Assembly: GCF_000007225.1 (NCBI RefSeq)
Contig: NC_003364.1
Span: forward strand, 450,001-482,000
Direction: 5' to 3'
From: Pyrobaculum aerophilum str. IM2
GTDB taxonomy: Archaea > Thermoproteota > Thermoprotei > Thermoproteales > Thermoproteaceae
DNA length: 32,000 nt
Under the pieces are notes generated by a model, which was not told where the DNA came from, did not search any database, and saw only the letters and a program-made list of their open reading frames with translations. Position 1 is the first letter of the stretch. Each line of letters begins with the position of its first letter. Both the position numbers and the translations under genes were made by a program. Shown in pieces: positions 7,297-16,700 of the stretch.

Positions 7297-8678
7297 AGCT
7301 TCACCTTTACCGAGTGGACACCCCCTCTGATTCCGTACGTGGCCACAAACGGCGTAGTTCCTTTAAGCGATATTAACTTCTCAAGCCCCTCCTCGTAATT
7401 CTCAGCGGGTATATATAAAGGCTCTAGAGCCCAGACAATTGACAGAGAGCGGGCGACTCTAACATTAGGCGTCCCGACGTAAACCACGCCTCGAGGTCTA
7501 AATTTCGCGATTCTTCTCGCCAACGTCCCGCTCATGCTGAAAACGAGAATGTTAGCCCCTAAGTCCTGCGCCAGCTCCACGAGTCCCTTGGCGAAGCGGT
7601 CTCTGGAATTTTGCAACAATGGGGATTGTGGTATTTGATATTCGACGTTCATTAAAATTCTTGAAAGCCAGCTAACAGCGGCTAGAGGATATTTCCCGCT
7701 GGCAGTCTCATTAGTTAACCACAAGCTGTCTACTCCCATAGACGCAGTTGTAAAGACGTCGTTTATCTCAGCTCTTGTGGGAATTGGAGAGCTCTGCATG
7801 GAGTCTAAAAGCTGAGTGGCCACGGCAATTGGCTTGCCGTATTTAAGCGACGTGTGCACTATCCTCCTCTGTACTATAGGCAGAGCGTCAAGGCCGTAGT
7901 GTAGCCCCAAGTCGCCTCTAGCCACTACTACGTAATCGCTACACTGGACAAGCTCTTCTAAATTATTAACAGCGCCTTTAGTCTCTATTTTTACTGCCAC
8001 TTGGCTTTGAAAGCCGAGCTCCGTGAGTAGAGATCTTACGCTGTCTACGTCTTTACAACTTTTCGCGAGACTTATCGCCACGTAGTCAATATTATCCCTA
8101 ATGGGAGAAATGGCCTTTAACGCCTCTACGTCTTCCTCCGCAGGCGTGGATATGTCGTAATCCTTGCCCTCAACGACAATAGCTTTGCCGCCAGTTATAA
8201 CTCCGCTGGATTCGGCCACAGCCTCAATCCAATCAGAGCCGGTATTTGTTACCTTTAGCCTCAGCCTTCCATCAAGCATTAAAATAACATCGTTTTGTTC
8301 CACTGCGCTGAAAAAGGCCTTGTTAGGCACGGGGATATACGTGCCGTCAGATTTATCGCTCAGTTTAAACTTGACCACTTCCCCTTCTTGCACGTTAATA
8401 GGCGAGGTACTGCCCACTCTGATGCTGGGCCCCTTGAGATCCACAATTACAGCCAGCGGCCTATTCTTTGCCTTTTCATAAGAGCGCACTGCCTCTATTC
8501 TGAATTTGACTTCATTGGGAGATGCGTGGGCTAGGTTAATCCTAACGCCGTCAACTAAGTCCAGAAATTTAATCAACTCGTCTGGCCGTAAAACGTCTGT
8601 AGACGGGCCCAGCGTTGCAACTCTCTTAGTGAGATTACGCGCGCGCAGAATGGCGTGATCTCCTCTGGGAGCGCTCAT
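7293..8678 (-). CDS. pyk: Pyruvate kinase
   Basis: 461 aa. Motifs present: ..[10 protein letters not shown].., ..[11 protein letters not shown].., ..VKIETKGAV.., ..VARGDLG.., ..ATQLLDSM.. Confidence 0.9.
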
Positions 8679-8747
8679 AGATCCGCGCCCTTTAGTGAAG
8701 TGTGTCGTTCGGCGTCAGCCTTAACGTCTGAACGCGCCCCTCTCTTA

Positions 8748-10652
8748 TCATAGCGCTCTTATCCTCTCCCCCACTTTAGGTATAATCGTAGTTATTTTAT
8801 ATTTCAATTCTATTGATGTCGCCAAGCTTATAATCTTAGACGGCTCTCCGTGTATTAGCACAATTTTCTTAGGCTTCGGCTCCATGTGCTCTACGTATTT
8901 CATAAGCTCCCTCCTATCACTGTGGCCTGAAAAACCGGGTATTGACACGACCTCCATACGCATATTTATCTTTGACTCGCCTCCCACTAAACTCTTAATT
9001 ACAAATTCCCGTTCGCCGTTTAAAATCCTCCTCCCTAAAGTTCCCTCCGCTTGATACGAGACGAAAATCAGCTTATTTCTCTCGTCATGTGCCAACTGGG
9101 CGAAGTAGTCCACAACAGGCCCTCCGTTTAACATGCCGTGCGGAGCTATTATAACAGCAGGCTCCTCGCTCTGGGCTATTTTAGCAACTTGGTTTATCCT
9201 ATCCTCCACGCGCTTCGCCCGGTCTACAATAACTACACTTCCAGATGTAGTAAAGGGGTTGACGCCGCCGTAAATCTCCTCGGCGACCTCGGGATTTAGG
9301 TAGTGGGGGTACATTAAGTAGACGTTAAGCGTCTCCACAATCATGCCATCTACATACACGGGGACGCGGGGGATGAGGCCCCCCTCCATCATCTTATTTA
9401 AAATATAGAGTATTTCCTGGCCTCTCCCCGTGCTGAAGGCGGGGATTAACACCTTTCCGCCTCTCGTAACGGCGTCGGACACGTGTTTCGCCAAGGCGTT
9501 TTCGGCTTCAACCCTCGGCGGCTGGACGTCGTCTCTCCCCCCGTAAGTGGACTCCATTATGAGCATCTCCACTCGTTTAAATTTATTCGCCGCTCTGTTC
9601 AGAAGCCTAGTCTTTCCATATTTAAAGTCTCCTGTGTAGAGAATATTATATCTGCCATTTCCTATATGTAAATGGGCCATGGCAGAGCCTATTTCATGTC
9701 CGGCGTCGTAAAAAGTTAATTTAATGTCCGGCGCTATGTCGGTAACCTCCTCGTAGTCAAGCGTAATGGTGTGGTAGATCACAGTCTCTATATCGGCCTT
9801 GGAGTAACTGGGCTGTAGCCCCTCTCTTTCTTTGAGCTCTACGTAATCGCTCAAGAGGATGAATGCTTGGTACTTAGTTGGGTCAGTCATGTAGACGGGG
9901 CCTTTATAGCCGTATTTGAATAAAAAGGGGAGACAGCCGACGTGATCCATATGGGCATGCGTTAAGACTACTGCGTCAAGTCTGTCGATATCTATTAAAT
10001 CTAATAGCGGAAACTCCTCGTCGTTTTGAGCGGGCTTAAGGCCGCAGTCCAGCAGAACGTTGCTTTCAGTAGTGCTGACGAGTATGGCGCTTCTCCCCAC
10101 TTCCATCGCCGCGCCGAGGAAAGTAACTGTAATGGGCCCCTCTTTTACCACGGGCTCTTGGTGTATATATCTCGCCAGAGACTCCATGAGTTCCATTCTC
10201 TGGGCATAGGCGCTGTGGAATATATGGCGCACCCCCACTATTTCATGTGTGGGCAACTTGACGCGGTCTTTAGGCACTCCGCTTTCAATAACAGCCCTCC
10301 ACCCTGTTTTGACAAAAATCTCCCTGGTAGCGCTCTTGATTTCCTTCTCGCGGAGAGGCTTGGCCAAGTATATATAGACATCGCCGTTATTTTCAAAAAC
10401 GACGTCCTCCACATCGCTTAACACTTCCCTAATCACTTTACTAGCAGTTTTTTCAGACGCCCGGTTGCTTGGATCGACTCTGAGAATAACTCGTTTTTTC
10501 AACGTCTTGGCAACTTCTCCTATCATGTCTATTACATCTTCAGTAGGTCTCTTTACATAAATACAAAGATTAGGCCCCTCGTAATTTACTTTAACGATCT
10601 CAATGCCTGAGAGAATGGCCTTTACTTTATTCTCAATTTCAACAAAAGACAC
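8748..10652 (-). CDS. aCPSF1-type KH / metallo-beta-lactamase / beta-CASP ribonuclease (archaeal transcription-termination factor family)
   Basis: 634 aa with a GTG start. It has an N-terminal KH-like region, an HxHxDH motif (HAHMDHVG), and a long beta-CASP-like C-terminal half ending in ..HGEP.. Confidence 0.9.
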   Translation of the reverse strand: MSFVEIENKVKAILSGIEIVKVNYEGPNLCIYVKRPTEDVIDMIGEVAKTLKKRVILRVDPSNRASEKTASKVIREVLSDVEDVVFENNGDVYIYLAKPLREKEIKSATREIFVKTGWRAVIESGVPKDRVKLPTHEIVGVRHIFHSAYAQRMELMESLARYIHQEPVVKEGPITVTFLGAAMEVGRSAILVSTTESNVLLDCGLKPAQNDEEFPLLDLIDIDRLDAVVLTHAHMDHVGCLPFLFKYGYKGPVYMTDPTKYQAFILLSDYVELKEREGLQPSYSKADIETVIYHTITLDYEEVTDIAPDIKLTFYDAGHEIGSAMAHLHIGNGRYNILYTGDFKYGKTRLLNRAANKFKRVEMLIMESTYGGRDDVQPPRVEAENALAKHVSDAVTRGGKVLIPAFSTGRGQEILYILNKMMEGGLIPRVPVYVDGMIVETLNVYLMYPHYLNPEVAEEIYGGVNPFTTSGSVVIVDRAKRVEDRINQVAKIAQSEEPAVIIAPHGMLNGGPVVDYFAQLAHDERNKLIFVSYQAEGTLGRRILNGEREFVIKSLVGGESKINMRMEVVSIPGFSGHSDRRELMKYVEHMEPKPKKIVLIHGEPSKIISLATSIELKYKITTIIPKVGERIRAL

Positions 10653-10694
10653 GCCTCTCTTAACGAGGGTATATTTAAATTAAGTGGCGTTCAG
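10653..10694. promoter_or_regulatory. 42-bp divergent promoter region with palindromic TATA (atttaaat, 10673-10680)
   Basis: This is the only AT-rich element between GTG 10652 (minus strand) and GTG 10695/10701 (plus strand). Its centre is about 24.5 nt from 10652 and from 10701. Confidence 0.55.
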
Positions 10695-12119
10695 GTGGGC
10701 GTGAGGATTTATAACACCGCCACTAGGCAGGTGGAAGAGTTCGTGACTTACGTCCCCAAGCTGGCCCGCGGCTATGTATGCGGCATAACGCCATACGACC
10801 ACGTCCACGTAGGCCACGGGAGGGTGTACGTCTTTTTCGACATGTTTAGGCGCTACCTAGAGGCACGGGGCTATGAGGTGCGATTAGTGATAAACTTTAC
10901 GGATATAGATGATAAAATTATAAATAAGGCCCGTGAGGAATTCGGCCATGATGCATATAAAAGATGGAAAGAAGTGCCCGAGAGATATATAGCAGAATTC
11001 TTCGAAATGTCCAATAAGCTCTTTATAAAACCCGCGCATGCATATCCCAGAGTTACAGAGAACGTGAATGAAATGGTGGCTTGGATATCTACTCTCGTCG
11101 AAAAGGGATATGCCTACGTGGCCCCGGACGGCTCTGTTTATTTCGAAGTGGGCAAAGTCCCCAACTACGGCGTTTTGTCAAGACAAAAAATAGAGGAGCT
11201 CATCGCCGGGGCCAGAGTAGAGCCCGAGCCAGGGAAGAAAAACCCCCTGGACTTCGCCTTGTGGAAGAGCTGGACGCCGGGGGAGCCCTGGTGGAACTCC
11301 CCGTGGTGCCCGGGCCGGCCGGGGTGGCATTTAGAGTGCGTCGTAATGTCGACGAAGTATTTAGGAGCGCCCTTCGACTTCCACGGCGGTGGGGCGGATT
11401 TGATATTCCCCCACCATGAGAACGAAATTGCAATAGCCAAGGCGTATTACGGGCTGGACAACTTCGCAAAGTACTGGATACACGTGGGCTACCTCACAGT
11501 AAGGGGGGAGAAAATGTCCAAGTCTCTGGGAAACGTCATAACGCTTAGAGAAGTGCTGTCTAAATACAGCGGTGAGGCGCTGAGGCTTGCCTACGCCATG
11601 AGTCATTACAGAAAGCCAATGGAATTCTCCTTCGAGCTCTTAGACCAAGCAGAGGAGATGGTGAAGACCCTCTACACGGCATACGACGAGTTGAGCCAAG
11701 CCGTGGCGGACGCAAGCGACGAGGATAAGGAAAAGCTTGAATACGGCAAATACATTGAGTCCTTCTACGCGGCGCTTGAAGACGACTTCTCAACGCCGCA
11801 GGCGGCGCAACAGCTATACGGGCTGGCTCGCTATATTATATCAACTGTGTTACACAGAATAGATAAGGCGTCGCGCCAAACGGCAATAGATGTATTAACA
11901 CAATACGTCAAAATGGCGGATATATTAGGAGTCTTAGAGCGTAGAGAAATCCCAAAGGAAGTGGAGGAGGTCATTAAGGCCGTGGTGGAGGCCAGGGCCA
12001 GATTACGGCGGGAGAAAATGTACCAGCTAGCCGACTACTTAAGAGAGAGGCTTGCGGGCATAGGAGTGGAGCTACACGACTTCGGTCAGAGGACTTACTA
12101 TACTTACAAAAGGCGTTGA
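10695..12119 (+). CDS. cysS: Cysteine--tRNA ligase
   Basis: 474 aa with HIGH (HVGHGR) and KMSKS motifs. An alternative start at GTG 10701 (MRIYNT..) fits the TATA spacing and the usual CysRS N-terminus better. Confidence 0.95.
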   Translation: MGVRIYNTATRQVEEFVTYVPKLARGYVCGITPYDHVHVGHGRVYVFFDMFRRYLEARGYEVRLVINFTDIDDKIINKAREEFGHDAYKRWKEVPERYIAEFFEMSNKLFIKPAHAYPRVTENVNEMVAWISTLVEKGYAYVAPDGSVYFEVGKVPNYGVLSRQKIEELIAGARVEPEPGKKNPLDFALWKSWTPGEPWWNSPWCPGRPGWHLECVVMSTKYLGAPFDFHGGGADLIFPHHENEIAIAKAYYGLDNFAKYWIHVGYLTVRGEKMSKSLGNVITLREVLSKYSGEALRLAYAMSHYRKPMEFSFELLDQAEEMVKTLYTAYDELSQAVADASDEDKEKLEYGKYIESFYAALEDDFSTPQAAQQLYGLARYIISTVLHRIDKASRQTAIDVLTQYVKMADILGVLERREIPKEVEEVIKAVVEARARLRREKMYQLADYLRERLAGIGVELHDFGQRTYYTYKRR

Positions 12120-12610
12120 AGCCTCTCGCCAAGCCCCTTCACGAATTTTTTAACCCTTTCGGCGAGCTCTCTTACGTCTTCCTCCACTTGATCCACACGC
12201 GAATACTTACTCAATAGGCCGCCCTCATCCAGCCCGTTGTATTGCACTTCGTGTAGATTTAATGCCATCGCCGTCAGCAATGTAATTTCGTCGCCATATA
12301 CGCCTTTTAATACGCGGGCGATCTCCCACATTTTCCCAGTGGGCATTAACGCAATAAGCCAGTCGGCCAGTTCCACCTCTGCCCCCTCGCGCGTAACAAC
12401 ACGTCCCTTAAACTTAGACGCAACCACATCTCTGGCCAGCCCTGCCGCCGCGGCTAAAGCGGCTTTCCACGCTTGAAAAGCCTTGCCGGCCGCATTTCTG
12501 TGCAACCCCTCTTCAAGAAACCGCAGAGCTAAGTCGGCCTCAACTAGCGCCTCGGAGATTCTGATCTCTACATACCTCCTTATATCTCTCCAAGGGTATA
12601 CGATTTGCAC
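12104..12610 (-). CDS. PaREP1-family protein (all-helical, HEPN/KNTase_C-clan-like)
   Basis: 168 aa with a GTG start. I recognise the pattern ..YVEIRISEALVEADLALRFLEEGLHRNAAGKAFQAWKAAL.. as the Pyrobaculum PaREP1 paralogue family. A TATA-like aaatttaaaag lies about 25 nt upstream. Confidence 0.7.
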   Translation of the reverse strand: MQIVYPWRDIRRYVEIRISEALVEADLALRFLEEGLHRNAAGKAFQAWKAALAAAAGLARDVVASKFKGRVVTREGAEVELADWLIALMPTGKMWEIARVLKGVYGDEITLLTAMALNLHEVQYNGLDEGGLLSKYSRVDQVEEDVRELAERVKKFVKGLGERLQRLL

Positions 12611-12710
12611 AAGTCAGAACACATTACTCTTTTAAATTTCCCCTCGGCCTGCCGGGCGGATTGCTCGACCCGCCACTGCCAGCCCCTAGCCGAAGATATC
12701 CAGCGTTGTT

Positions 12711-13721
12711 TTAAACGCCGCCTAAGGCCCTCCTCACAGCCTCTCTGTGAAGCGGAGTTTGCCAAGCTACGTACCTCCCCACGCCGATTTCTCTATCAGC
12801 CTCCGGCGGAGGGGCGTCTACCCAAAGCCATGGCTCTCTCTTGGGCAGGTTAAATACAATAAAATTCCACTCAACAAGCCTTTCCACAAGCTCTCTGGGC
12901 GCGTCCACTCGCCACAATACGTCTGGATCTTCAACCGCCTCCTCCAGCCAGCTACGCCACGTCTGTAAGAAGCTAAAGTCGCCCTTCACAACGACTTCTT
13001 CAACTACTTTAGAGACGTCCCAATTTTCCTCGTACAATTTGGCGAGAGCTGAGGGGTTTCCGCCAGTTAGCCTCCACGCCACCTCAAAGGAGGGCTTTTG
13101 TCCAGGCAGGAGCTCGTAAAGCTGTTTAAAGCCCCCCTGCGACATATTCCACATAACTCTCAAATCGGCCCATCTGTGTTTGCTGAGTTCTCTCAGCGAA
13201 ACCCCCCCCCCCCCCTCCCCGCTAGTAGCCACAACGGCCACCGCGCTCTCATAATCGCCAGGTGGGTATTCAATGACGCTCAACATCCACTTAACGTACC
13301 CAGCCGCGTTGCCGAGGCCAATTGCCTTAAAAACGTCGTCTGCTAATACTGCTATTTTCTTTCTACGCCTCTTCAATGCGTACTTGGCCAGTTGAATCGC
13401 TAAATCCGCCAGTTTAATCTCAGCGACGCCGCTTCTCTCGGCTGCGGCTTCAGCCAAACGCCTAACTACCTCCTTCAAGTTAATATACGCCACGTAATCC
13501 CGTTGAAGAGGGTTGACGTAAATTACGTCGTATCCCCAGTCGCGGAGCAATTCCGCCGATTGTTTAAGCCACGCCGTTTTTCCACAGCCCTTCGGCCCGT
13601 ACACTAACTGCACAAACCTCGTGCCCCGCGCTGCCCACTCTTCCACTCTCTTAATTCCAAGCTCTCTGTCTACGAACTCAACCACCACGCCTCTGGCAAA
13701 TTTAAGCTTAATTCTCTCCAC
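12711..13721 (-). CDS. Archaeal AAA+/STAND-like ATPase (Arch_ATPase family as I recall it)
   Basis: 336 aa with a GTG start. It has Walker A GPKGCGKT, Walker B IAVLADDV, VVATSGE, and a TGGNP lid motif. A TATA-like atttaaaaa lies about 26 nt upstream. Confidence 0.8.
   Translation of the reverse strand: MERIKLKFARGVVVEFVDRELGIKRVEEWAARGTRFVQLVYGPKGCGKTAWLKQSAELLRDWGYDVIYVNPLQRDYVAYINLKEVVRRLAEAAAERSGVAEIKLADLAIQLAKYALKRRRKKIAVLADDVFKAIGLGNAAGYVKWMLSVIEYPPGDYESAVAVVATSGEGGGGVSLRELSKHRWADLRVMWNMSQGGFKQLYELLPGQKPSFEVAWRLTGGNPSALAKLYEENWDVSKVVEEVVVKGDFSFLQTWRSWLEEAVEDPDVLWRVDAPRELVERLVEWNFIVFNLPKREPWLWVDAPPPEADREIGVGRYVAWQTPLHREAVRRALGGV
13202..13215. repeat. C14 (G14 on the coding strand) homopolymer inside the ATPase CDS
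   Basis: Counted directly: a + 14 c + t + cccc. It encodes the end of E plus GGGG plus the first base of V in ..ATSGEGGGGVSL.. Confidence 0.95.
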
Positions 13722-13758
13722 GCTAATTTACTGTTAGGCGTTTTTAAATCCGGAGCCT

Positions 13759-16700
13759 CTAGGCGAATCTCCGGATAACTGCCAGGGCCAAGCCCCCCAC
13801 AACGCCAAATATCACGGGCTCTAAGCGCCTCAAGATCTCCGCCGCCTCCACGTTGGGATCTCTGCCTCTGGAAAGATCTCTCTCCACCAAATACCTAGCT
13901 ACTAGCGTGAGAGGAGTTGGGGTATTTGAGTACAGTCTTGAAATACCGTCCACAAGGCCCCAGTCGCCCGTCGCCACGGCCTTTTCCAAGAGGAAGAGGA
14001 AATACGGCCTTGCGTCTGGGGGCAGTAACGTTGCCGTTTTATTAGCCGCCAAGTAATTATCCAACGGAACGGCGAAGCCTAAAAACTCCGTTTTATTCAC
14101 CACGCCCATATACTCCACGTATACAGTGTAGTTGACGTAGCCCAGTTTGTCAAAATCGCCTACTATTCTCACCGTGCCGTTCACGGGAGCTCCGCCTAAC
14201 AGCGCCTTTGCCGAAAGCCCGCGGGCTGGGAAAACGGGCAATCCCCTCAACGTCCCCAGTCTTTCAAAGGAAATCTCGACAGTTAGAGAAGCCCATTTAA
14301 CCTCGGCGGAGACCCTCGTCGAGTTTGTATATGCGACCAAGCTGGCCGTACAGGGTTTTTCAAAACGTAAAACAACTGAGCCATTAAGCGGGACGCGTTT
14401 AGAGAAATTGCCACATCCAGAGATAGCCAGCGGGAGGGAGATGTTAACAAGGGGCTTTACACGGCCCACGACCTTTACCTCAACGGGGACTCCAACGACA
14501 ACAGCCTTGGGGGCCATGAGGGTGAGATTATACACGCCATATGCAACCACGGTTGTGTAATTCTCATACGGGCCTACCCGAAGTGATAAATTATACGCGC
14601 CGGGGAAGGGCGGACTTTTCACGAAAATTTCACGCTTATGGACGCCGGGGCTCAGCGCCACGGGAACAGCAGAGCTGTGGGAAACGTTGAGAGTGGCGTT
14701 TATATACAGCCCTTCGGGCACGCGGAGCGTCACGTTGAGCGTATACGGCGTATTCACCTCAACAATTACGGGCGCGGCCTCTAGGATAATGCCAGGCCTA
14801 AACAATTTAAGTGCGCCGAAGCCGTAGTCTACCAGGGCTGTGCCGTTAAAGGCAATTGCCGTAATGTTAAGAACGGCCTCGCCAGAGATCCCGCGGCCCA
14901 TAACCTTGTACGTGTATTTGGCTGGTGTCTTTACTCTTAGGAGAATGTCGACGTACTCCCCGCCCTCGTTAACAAGCCAGCGCTTTATTTCGGCGGTCAC
15001 ATTCGGCGGCGGCGCGAAAACTCGGTAGCTCAAATCCCCAAACGAAGTGTTCACACTAAACACCAGCGAGGGGCTGTAGGCAGAGGTCAAGGAAATTAAA
15101 GTCCAGTTATAGGCGCATCCGTTTGCTTGTACATTCAACACCACGCTCCTATTACCCACTGCGACGATATATTTTGCGGTTACAGATGGGTTGCAAACCT
15201 TAAGCGATACGTTAAACTCCCCCTGGAACCTCTCGGGGGTAACTTCGCCCCGTAGCAGAGAAATATTGAACTCAGGCCTCGGAAGACGCACAATTACGCT
15301 ATTTTCCCCTCCAAGCGCCTTGTGCCTTATTACAATAGTGTCGTTAAAATTATATGTTAAAATTGCCAAATTCTGCTGAATAGAACTGGCTGACACTAAT
15401 CCTGGCCCATCGAACACAATAGGCGGGGCGTTTACTACCTCAATATTATAATTAATTTTGACAAGAAGGCGGGCTTTGCCGCCCTCCACCACTGCTCCGA
15501 GCGGTATTAATTCAATTTTCAAAGATGGGGTCTTTACGTGTACTATTGTGGACAACTTCCCCACAGCGATGGTAATATCCTTTTCTTTGCCGGGTTCTAG
15601 AGAAAGGGTCGTGTTAAACACGCCGCCTTGATAATTACCATCAAGTCTTTCGTCAATTTTAACAGTGCCTTTGAAGACAGCCCAAGGGAGACCGTCGACA
15701 TTTATCGAGACATTGTATGTTATAAGGCCGCCGTTGAGGCGGGGGTTAGACAGATTCACATTAAGCGACGGGCGCCATAGGGCGAGAACCGCCGCCGTGT
15801 AGCCGTTGAACGTGACGTTTATGCTAGCCGGCAAGTCGGTGATGTTATAGACGAGGAGGCTTGAGCCAAACTGAACATACAGCTTTCCTCGCCACTTATC
15901 GAGGTCGAACTCTAATTTATAAGAGGGTTTGTAAACTGGTATCGAAGTAGACCAGTTGCCGCATCTGATGTCGATTTTTTCCCCAGGCGTACCGCTTACT
16001 TGGAAATACAAGCGGTAGGTATTGTTGCCGGCGGGCGCCAGCACGGCGATGGGCTTGAACGCCACGCCGCGGCTCGTGCCGTTGAGAGTGCATTCAATAG
16101 CCAAGGGGTTTGTATGCGAGATAGTGACGTTTATAAACCCCCATCCCCCTACGTCTAAGTATAGGGAAGTGGGGGAGACGCTGAACCTCGGCTGGGTTAA
16201 GTTTAGAAAGAGGTACCCCCAAGTGTTGTTGTACTCAATTCTCAATACATACGGCCTTAACCCGCCTGTGAAGTTGTATACGGCAATTCCGTCAGAGAAG
16301 TAGATATCTGAGCCGTTGATCTTCGCCAGCCCGCTGAGCCTTTGAAAGCCGTACTCAGCGTAGAGCTTTACGGAAATGTGGCCATCGCGGTAGACGCCAC
16401 TGAGAACTTTTGCCTTGATATTGCTATAGTAAAACACTATAGTGGGTCTCACCGTCTTACTCGAGTTATTTACTAAAGCCAAGAGAATAGTGCCGTTAGT
16501 CACAACGATTTCTCTCCCTATGGCGATATTGGACACTATATTATTAGCGCCGTCGCCCTCGACGGCGATTCTCAAAACGCCGCCGGGAGGGACGTCGACT
16601 TCGTAGTAAACAGCCGTATAGCCGTTAAACTCGGGGTATGCGCGGACGGCGCCAGGACTTACCTCTATGCGCTCCATATCTGGCCTATAAGTCACTCCCC

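Noticed and set aside
8679-8747. Imperfect hairpin (cgttc..cgt / acg..gaacg) and CTGA in the aCPSF1-pyk spacer, considered as a possible C/D-box sRNA or terminator
   Set aside because: There is no RUGAUGA C box on either strand, the stem is only 5+3 bp with an internal loop, and no oligo-T tract follows. The support is insufficient.
11081-11793. Cluster of Arg/Pro/Gly-rich ORFs on both strands inside cysS
   Set aside because: The local GC-rich stretch of cysS suppresses stop codons in other frames. The sequences are low-complexity, while the cysS frame carries HIGH and KMSKS.
13751-13775. 6-bp inverted repeat ccggag..ctccgg spanning the stop codon of the 1185-aa gene
   Set aside because: The stem is short and the loop is 13 nt, there is no T-tract, and it overlaps coding sequence for the basic tail. 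It is probably coincidental.
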